A stretch of 49,942 bases of DNA from a virus (lineage: Duplodnaviria; Caudoviricetes), in the IMG/VR virus record IMGVR_UViG_3300044272_002383, positions 1 through 49,942 of that record. One strand, given 5' to 3'. A program made the translations under genes and the position numbers. Below, piece by piece: positions 30,278-40,300 of the stretch (its first letter is position 1; every line of letters starts with the position of its first letter). Below the pieces are notes generated by a model. The model was not told the DNA's origin. It did no database searches and was given only the letters and a program-made list of their open reading frames with translations.

Positions 30278-31336
30278 ATGATAGAAAAATATAATATAAC
30301 AGACAGACCAGATGAAGAATCATCTTTGTTTACAAAAAGGCAAAGAATAAGTCAAGCTGTACAAAAGTCGTTAGATAATGATGGTGAATTACCAGCTGAA
30401 GAATATGTAAATATATTTAATACATTAGTTGAAAAAAGAGAAAGATTTATAAATGGTAATGAGGTTGAAAGAGGTTTAGTTAAAAGAGAAACTAATCAAT
30501 TAAAAGAAGCTATCGTTAATTATAGAAGTTTTAGACAAGATTTAGCTGCTGCACATAGCACTGGATCACTTATGAGCACGTGGCAAGACGGTGAACAAGG
30601 CGAAGCTGTTATGAACTTACTAGATGACGAGCCTAGATTAGTTCAAAAAAGATGTCCTGAAAATGTGCCAAACTGTCCTGACAAAGATCAAATAGGTGTC
30701 GTTATGCCAGATTATAAAATGGTTTTTGATGCTAGAAAAAGACTAGCTGAAATAGAGGCTAATAAAGCTGATTTATCAAAAGACCCAGCATATGAAGATA
30801 CTGTTAAAGGTTTACAAGAAATAATAGATAATAAAGGTGCTAGATGGACTGACTTATCTAATCTTAAAAAAATGATAAAACTAAAAGACGAAGAAAGTCA
30901 AGATGTTTTAACTAAGATGGGCAATAATTATCTTAGAACATCGTCAAATGCTAACGCTGCTGAAAATCCAGTGTTTAACGAGCTAGCAGCAAGAAGACAA
31001 GTTGAGTCAACGTTAGTTGGTAGATCTAGTAATTTACAGTCACTAGCATATGATGAGATGATACCAGGTAGAACGTTTTTTAATGACGTACAACAAAAAA
31101 TAAAAATGCAAGCTAACGTTACAGATGAGCAAGCTGAAAGAACAGCTATGTTTATGATAAACGATCCTGCATATGAAAAAGAGTTCAGAGCCGAACTCAC
31201 TGATTATTATACAGGTTTTTTAAGAAAACAACACAATATAGGTGTACTAAACAGAAAAAATATAGCGCAAACTGAAGATAAAAAAGCACCAATTAAATAT
31301 AAAAAAGGTGTTATATCTGCAGCTTTTAAAAAATAA
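30278..31336 (+). CDS. putative internal virion protein
   Basis: 352 aa helical protein between the ejection-like gene and the giant gene. Confidence 0.55.
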   Translation: MIEKYNITDRPDEESSLFTKRQRISQAVQKSLDNDGELPAEEYVNIFNTLVEKRERFINGNEVERGLVKRETNQLKEAIVNYRSFRQDLAAAHSTGSLMSTWQDGEQGEAVMNLLDDEPRLVQKRCPENVPNCPDKDQIGVVMPDYKMVFDARKRLAEIEANKADLSKDPAYEDTVKGLQEIIDNKGARWTDLSNLKKMIKLKDEESQDVLTKMGNNYLRTSSNANAAENPVFNELAARRQVESTLVGRSSNLQSLAYDEMIPGRTFFNDVQQKIKMQANVTDEQAERTAMFMINDPAYEKEFRAELTDYYTGFLRKQHNIGVLNRKNIAQTEDKKAPIKYKKGVISAAFKK

Positions 31337-31363
31337 ATATTAACGGGTAACTAACGATACAGT

Positions 31364-34300
31364 ATGACACAAGATAAATATCCAAAAACCATAAAGGTTA
31401 ATGGACAAGACTACACAGTCAACAGTGAACAAGAGGAAAATGATCTAAAAAATGAAGTTGAATTAACAGATGGTGCTAATCTTGATGATGTTGACTCGGG
31501 AAACCAACAAGGCCTTACGGAAAGTGCGACTGTAGGGCAAAATCTTCCAGCACAAAACAATACGGACTCAGATTCGGAGACTATTTCTTCGGACTCACAA
31601 GAGTATCAAATCATAAGTGATTCTAATTCTGATCAGAATATAAAGGATAAATCAGATAAAAATGCAATAAAAAATTCAGAGAGCGATCCTTCTAAAATGA
31701 CTAAAGAAGGTAGAATAGTCTATTTTAATAGTGCATACTCATCTATGGCTGTTAATGAAGAGGGTATGGCAATATTTGCAGATGGTACAAAGCTTGATGT
31801 TGAAAAAGACTTTGATCTAAATTATATAGAACAAAAAAATAAAGAACTAAGTTCATCAAGAAACGTTTTTATAACAAACGCTCTTGCGGTTAGAGGTCGG
31901 AAAGATAATGTTTATAGTAATAATGATATTGTTCAAATAAATGCAAATCTAGACGATTTAGGTTATACTGTTCAAAAAACTGAAAACGTTGGTCAGTACT
32001 CGTTATCTAAAAACGGTGAAAGCTTAACAATTGGTAATGCAGACGATGTTCAAAAGTGGTTTTTTAATAATTTATCAGATGAAGAGTTTGGAGTTATAGA
32101 TAATAATATAAGAGAAACTTATAAGCAAATAACTTTAGAACAGAGAAAAATTAAAGAAACAAATCTTAATAATCAAGATCGTGACGAGTTAAAAAAAGAA
32201 TTAATATGGAATGGCGCTACTAACGGTATAATACACGCTAATTTAAAAGAAGATGTTACTAATCAAAATGATCTTGATGTACTTGATAATTTTTTTAAAA
32301 AGACTATTACAGTAAATGATGTTGCTACAATTGACGGTGGTGCATCTATTTCAGGTGGTAACAAAAAATACACTGAAAGAAAAGGTCAACAACTAAATAG
32401 AGAATACAAACCTAAAACAGCAGATCAATTTAAATATGATCAATTAAAAAAAGTAAACAATATATTACAAGATACTAATTTATCACAAGAAGATAAAAAC
32501 GCTCAAGTTACAGCTATTTTAGGTGGATCTATAACAGATCAAAAAACAATAGATAGTCTTAATAATCTTATAACAAATGAGGTTGGTCACACAGAAGAAG
32601 ATGTTGATAGGTTAGCAAACTCTAGAGCTAGCGAAAATGCTGACGTGCATTTAGAGAATATAATGAAGGATAATCCTCAAGCTATATTACTAAAATCAGC
32701 TATAGAAAATCATCTTGTAGTAACTGATGATGACGAGGTTGTTAATCACAAGTTGCAAACAAATCTTTACGAAACTCAAGCTAAAGATTTGAAAAAAATC
32801 CAGACAGAAGCTACTAATCTTTTTGAAAAAAAATTTGAAGCTTTTAATAAAGAATTAAATAGTAAAGGTATTGGTATTAAAGTTGTAGGCAAAGGTGAAA
32901 ATGCTAGATATGTTATAGATGCTAGCAAATATGTTGGTAATAGCGAAGAGGTTAATAACAAGTTAGACGGTTTAAATAAACAAAGAGAAACGTTAACATC
33001 TAAATTTAATTTATCTCAAAAGAAAATAGTAGATAGTATTAAAGTTATAGAACGATTACAGAAAAAAGCAGAAGCAGGTGAACTTACTATGGCTGAAAGT
33101 ATTCAGTATAATCAAGCTTTTAATATATATCAAACTGAAAAAGCAAATGAAAAAACTTTTACAGAAGAAGACTCTAGTTTAGTTGAAGAAATAAATAATA
33201 TAGTAAACAATTTTAATAAAAGTAGAAAAGATCAAATAAAAACTTTAGAGCAAGAATATCAAAAAAAATTAGACTCTGACTTTGATGAATATAAAGGTGT
33301 TATTGATACTTATAATCAGTCTGTAAAAAAACTAACAAGTAATGTAGAAAAATTACAAGTTAAAATTCAAAACGCAAAAAGTGATTTAAGCTATATATCT
33401 AAGGAACATGACTTATTAACTGTTTTAAAAACAGATTTATCAAATAGTGTAGGCTCAATGTACTATGGTATTCAAGCTGTGTTTGGTGAAGATGCTGCAA
33501 AAGAAAAATTAAAAGCAATACAAGAAGGTAGTCAAGCTTATCTACCAACTATGCTGTCTTATAATGACGCTATAAAGCAGGGTGAAACAGGTATATTTGT
33601 AGGTAGAACCTTAGCTCAACAAGTAACACCTGTTGTTGTGGCTGTAGGTACTAGTGCTGTAGGTTTACCACCTGTTGTAGCAGCTAGTTTATTTGGACTG
33701 TCTGCTGGTGGCGAAACACTAGTTCAATTAGAAGGTCAAGTTGAAATGGCTAAAAAAGCTCAAACAGACTTAAGTGAACTTGAGAAAAATTATAAAGATG
33801 GTAAAGTATCTAAACAAGATTATGTTAGATTAAAAACAGATCTTGAAAAAACTATAGCTTCTAACAACTTTTCAAGAGGACAAATAAACGGTGCTGTAGG
33901 AATGGCTATGTTATCAGAAGTAGCTATAAGTAGTTTTTTTGGTACAATTGGTAACTCACAAAAACTAATAGGTGATTTAACATCTAAAAACGTTAGTAGC
34001 TTAGGTTCGTTAGTAACTAGAACTAATATGCAAGCCGCGTATCAATGGTCTGTAGAAACTGGTAAGTCTATAGCTAGCGAGGCTATTGAAGAGGTTGCTA
34101 TATTGCTTTCAAATGAATTAAGTCAAGGTTTAATACTTGGTAAAGATTTTGACTTTTCACAAATAGATGATACTATAGTTTCTTCTATAATACTAGCTGG
34201 TCCAATGAATGGTCCTTCTAGCTTGTATAATACTATGATGCAACAGTTTCAAACATCTGGTATTAGAAATGAAACAAGAGCTGTTTTAGACCAAATAAAA

Positions 34301-37300
34301 GCTCTTGATAGTCAATTTGCTAGCTTAAAACCAGGTGATACTGTTTATAGAAAACAATTAACAGCTGAGTTATCTAACTTATATTCAAAACTAAATATTA
34401 GTCAAAGTAAATTAGAAGTAGACGCTATGATAGGTGCTAGTGATTTAAAAGATCTAGTTGCTAACAGCATGGACTTAGTTGAACTACACGAGTCTGCTAA
34501 TGTTCAACCTGGCGATAGTCCAAAGACAATAGAAGATAAGGTTAAAAAACATATTAAAAAATTAGAAGAGACAAATCCTGAAGCTGCTAGTGATTTTAAA
34601 GCTAGAGTAGAAGCTAATAAAAAAATTAAACAAAAGACAAGAGATAAAATAAAATCAGAGTTAGATGGTGATATATTAGCTGAAAATGGTTTAGTTGATA
34701 GGTTGTTTGGTGATGAAGGTAGAAACACTTACGACAAGTTGATGAACAAAAATACTCAGGAATTTAACAAAGCGTCTAATAGAGAAAAGCTAACTCTAAT
34801 ACACATGTCTTTAAAAAATGATTTTAAAAATAGAAAAATTAAAGAAGCTAGGAAAATACCAGTTATAAGAGCACATGTAGAAAGAACTATTTATGGTAAA
34901 AAATTTAAAGATTCAGGCAGAAAAAATAGAAAATTAAAGCAAGAAAACCAGTTATACGAAATATTTGCTGATAGATTAAACACTAGAAGAGTTCAAGCTA
35001 CATCTACATATAGAGATGGTAGAGAGGCTGCTAGATTAATATTAAAATCAAACCCTGATATAAGTCAATTAAGTGATATAGAAGTTGTAGCAGATCAAAC
35101 TGTAGAACAACTTACTGAATTTTTAAATAAATCTGATTTACAAGAATATCAAAAAGAAGATTTGTTAAAAGGGTTACAAGATGGTAGCACTAAAGGTTTA
35201 ATACTTGATGGTAAATACATAACTACAGCTGAAAAGTCTGCTGTTGATGAAGCGTTACAACAAGGTAACTTAATACAAGGTACTGTATTTTCTCACGAAC
35301 TAGGTCATGCATTAGATGCTATTACTATGAAAAGAGGTGAAATAAACGACTTATCAAGTAATCTAAGTAAGGCCTTAATTCAAGATAAAAAATTAGCAGA
35401 TGTACATACAACAGCTGTAAAAGACTTAATGCAGATAATGGGGCCAGATGGTAAAATACTTTGGGAAGAGGGTAAAACTATAGATAAACAAAGAGATGTT
35501 ACTAAAGATGAGTATATAAAAAGAGTTCAAGATGTTTTACAAGACCCTACATTTAAAGTAGAAAGACAAATAGCTAATAAAAGATCAGGTGAATCACTTG
35601 GTAGTATTGTAAGAGGTTTAGTTGGTGGTGATTATAAGTTTAATTCACCTAAAGCTGCTTTGACTTACATAACTGATTATATAAACTCTTTTGAGAAAAA
35701 GCAGTTATCTAATTTAGTAAAAAGAAAAATAAAAGCTAAAGATACTAGATTAAAACAACTTAATGATATAATAAATGAGTTTGGTATTTTTGATGATGAT
35801 GGTAGACCTGTTTTTAAAGAAGGTATATCAACACAAGATCAAAAAAGATTTAATGAAGCTGTATCAGAACTTAATGATTTACAAGATAGACCAGGTTATA
35901 GATTATCTGGTGATGTTGGACCTAAAATAGATGCTGCAGGTAAAATATTTAATAACACGCAGTGGAAAGACGGTGGATTTGAAAAAGTGTTAGATGGCAT
36001 ACAACGTGAAGGTATGTTAGATTCTCTTATATTTGCAGCTCAAGCTAGAAAAAATCCATCTGTTCAAATGAAAGATAAAAGTCAAGATGTTAAAACTAGA
36101 TATCTAAATGACGTTTATGCTGAACTTACTAATCATGTTAGAAATTTTAATCCTGATATTAATAATAGTTTGTTTGCTTGGATTAATTCTCAGCTAGGTA
36201 ACAAAGCTTTAAACGTACAGAAACGTCCTGATTACTCACCTGATAGACTTAGTAGAGCTCAAGATGCTGATGCTAGAACAGAAGAAGGTGCTCCGGTTTT
36301 ACAGCTGCAAGCTGACACCGATGCTGAAACGCGTTACATTGATAATATAGGTTTAAAAGAAACTGACACCGAACTGTATTCTCAATTAAGACAAGACTTA
36401 GGACTAGATACTAAAATGATGGATAAAGTTCGTCAAACTGTTATAACTGCTTTTGGTACTAGACTTCCAGATATTAGCTCTAAAAAGTTTAGACAAGCTC
36501 TTGAAAAACAATTTAAAGATAAATTAAAAAGACCTATACAGAACATGATAGGCACAAGAACTGATTATGACGCATTTTTAGTAGAGTATTTTCCAGCCGT
36601 GTTTAATGCTTTATCAACAGAAACGTTAGTTCAAATGGAAAGAAACGTAGATCCTGAGCTAAGAATATTTACAGAATCAAGAAGAATAACAGAACCTACA
36701 GAAGTTGATCAGCTCATAAGCGATGGTTTACTACCTATGAACACTATTCGTGGAGAAATAAATAGAACTTCTGGTCCTTTTTTAAATACTAAAAAGAAAC
36801 TACCTAGTGACGCTAAAATATTAGCTTTTTTTAGAGGCACTAATATGGAAGCTGAGTTAGGTTATAAAGTTGTTGGTTCAACGCTTGGAACTAGAAAAGA
36901 TGCTTTAGCTATGAACATAGGTGTTGAACTTGCTTTTGATGCAACATCAGAAGTTTTATCAAATCCTGATGTTCAAAAAAGAAGAAGAAAAGTATTAGAT
37001 CTTGATGATAAAACTCAAATAGATAATGAAAGAGCTGTAATAGCCAAAATAATAGACAGAGATCCAAATGTATTATTTTCAAGAGATGGTAAAACAAATA
37101 AAATTCCAAAAAATTATACCAAAGAAATGTTTGGACAACACTTCGATCAACTAGTAAATGATATAATTTCAAGCAAAGATGGTGTTAATAGTTTTATAGA
37201 TAGTAAAGGTAAACTTATAAAAGATTATATTTATGAAATACCACAATTTACAGTAGATGTAGTAAATTCATTATACACAAACGGATCTATACCTACTATT

Positions 37301-40300
37301 AATGAAGTTAAATTTAAAAAGGGTATTGCAGCTAGTAACTTAGATAAAAAAACTAAAAAAGCTTATAGTGATGATGGTGTTTTAAATAGAAATAATAAAG
37401 ATGTTTTAGATAAAATAGATAGACAAATGGCTTTTGTTTTTGATTTTCTTGGTGGCAACATTATAAATGAACTACAAAGACAAGGTAAATTAGAAATATT
37501 TGCATACCATCTTAGATATTTAGATCCAGCAAAGAAAAAAAGAGGTCTTGATAAATCAGGAGATTATTATTCTTCTCTTCAAAACAAAATAAACAAAGCT
37601 CAACAAAGTCTAGATGGTAAAACTGATGTTGGTATAGATATTAGCTCTGTAAACGCTATGAACACTAAAATACAAGATAGCATACTAAATGATGTTATAG
37701 AAATAGCTAGTATGCCTATAACCGCAGCTGAAAAAAGACAAATATATTTAGACTCTATTGCTGATAGAGTTGTTGGTGCTAATAAAGCAAATCCAACTTT
37801 AGCAAAACATATCGCAAAAACTTTAATAACATTAGCTCAAAACAAAACAATAGGTAAAGAAACTGTATTACATATACTTCAAGCACAAACTCAACTAGCT
37901 GGAGGTTTTAGAGCTTTTACAGATTTAGTTATGATTGATTTTAGAGATGGATCACAAGCTTTGTATGTAGATAAAGATGGAAACTATACTAACGATAAAA
38001 GTAAAAAAGGAATAAGTGTAAACACAGAACATCCTCAGTTTAAAGAAGTGAAAAGTGTTTTAAAAAAAGCTGGTGAATTAAAAAACCTAACTCCAGATCA
38101 AATTGATAAAAAAGTAATTGAGCTTCTTAAATTTAAAGGCGAACACTTAACACCTAACGCTAACACAATGTTAGAAATAGCTAAGTTAATTGATGATACT
38201 TCTGTTGATTTAGACAGTGAGTTAGATATAATATTTAATGGTCACAGTCAATTGTTAACATCTGATTATGTAACTAAAAAAATAGATGGTAACAAAACGC
38301 TAGGATTCGAAGGTTTAGGTAGAAATAGTACTCTTGGTTATGATAGAGTTGGAGTAGTGCCACAAGATAGTAAGTTTTTTATAGGACCAAATGGTGAAAC
38401 CTTACAAGATGTTCTTGCTAACAAAAAGTACAAAGACTCTGTAGTGTTGTTTTCTAAAGACAACAACAAAGTATCTAATAATATTAAAAATACTTTTAAA
38501 GCTGAAGAGAATATAAGAAAAGCTATAGAAACAGGTGAAACAAGAGGTATGTCTACTTTTGATTTTGATGAAACAGTAGGTGTAAGTGATAACTTTGTTA
38601 TAGCTAAAAAAGATGGTGAAACAAAACGTATATCATCTGCTAATTGGCCTAAAGTTGGTGAGAAGCTAGCTGCTGAAGGTTGGAGCTTTGATTTTAGCGA
38701 CTTTAATAAAGTAACTAAAGGTAGACCTGGGCCTTTGTTTCAAAAGATGAAAAACCAAATAGCTAAATATGGAGCTGATAACGTATTCATACTTACAGCT
38801 AGAGCATCAGAAAGCGAGCAAGCTATACATGATTGGTTAAAGAGTAATGGCATAAATATACCTAGAGAAAATGTAACTGGACTAGGTAATAGTACTGGTG
38901 AAGCAAAAGCTCAATGGATGTTAGACAAGTTTGCTGAAGGTTATAATGATATGTACTTTGTTGATGATGCTATAACTAATGTTGATGCTGTTAAAAATGT
39001 ACTCGATCAACTAGACATTAAATCAAAAGTTGTACAAGCTAGAATTAATTTTAGTAAAGATGCTGATGCAACTTTTAATAAAATGTTAGAGAGAAGTTTA
39101 GGTATTGGTAAAGACAAAGTATTTTCAGCAGCTGAAGCTAGAATAAGAGGTAAAGGTAAAGGTAGATTAGACTTCTTTGTACCTGCTTCTGCAGAAGATT
39201 TTAAAGGTCTGTTATACAGCTTTTTAGGAACAGGTAAACAAGGTGAAGCTGATATGCAATTTTTTAAAGAAAATTTACTAGATCCGTACGCTCAAGGCTA
39301 TAAAGACTGGAACTCTTATAAACAAAATATGGCTGATGATTATAAGAATTTAAAAAAGAGGTTTCCAGATGTTGTTAAGTCGTTTAATAATATAGTGCCT
39401 GGTACAAGCTTTACGGCTGAGATGGCAGCTAGAGTTTATTTGTGGAATAAGTCAGGTTTTGATATACCTGGATTATCTAAACAAGCTAAAAGAAAACTAT
39501 TAAGTTATGTTAATGCAAATGCTGATTTAAGAAGTTTTGCAGACAACACAGCTAATATAACTAAAAATCAAGATGGTTATGTTAAGCCAAGAGAATATTG
39601 GATGACAGAAACTTTTGCTAGTGATTTAGCTAATACAGTTAATAGTGTTGGTAGACAAAGGTTCCTAGCTAACTGGCAACAAAACTCTGATTTAATATTT
39701 TCTGAAAAGAACTTAAATAAAATAGAAGCTGCAAAAGGTCCTGCGTTTAGAGAAGCTCTTGAAAACATGTTGTACAGAATGAAGACGGGCAACAATAGAA
39801 TGACTGGTACAGATAGAACTGTAAATAGATTTCAAAACTGGTTAAACGGTTCTGTAGGTGCTATAATGTTTTTTAATATAAGATCTGCCGCTTTACAAAC
39901 AATATCTACATTTAACTATATAGATTTTGATGACAACAATATATTTAAAGCTAGTAAAGCATTTGCTAATCAACCTCAGTTTTGGAGAGACTTTTCTATG
40001 TTATTTAACTCTGACATGTTGAAACAAAGAAGAGCAGGTTTAGCTATTGATGTATCGGCTTCAGAGCTTAGTAAAGCATTTTCAGATGGTAGAGGTAAAC
40101 CACAAGCTGTATTAAATTATTTACTTCAATTAGGTTTTACACCCACACAAGTAGCGGATAATTTTGCTATAGCAATTGGTGGAGCTAGTTTTTATAGAAA
40201 CAAAGTTAATAGATATTTAAAAGATGGCATGACAAAAGCTGATGCTGAAAACCAAGCATTTTTAGACTTCCAAGAAAAAACAGAAGAAACTCAGCAGTCA

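Noticed and set aside
38561-38575. DFDET as a crAss-type virion RNA polymerase catalytic motif
   Set aside because: The polymerase motif needs DxDxD; here DxDxT with downstream TAR and DD fits a HAD phosphatase
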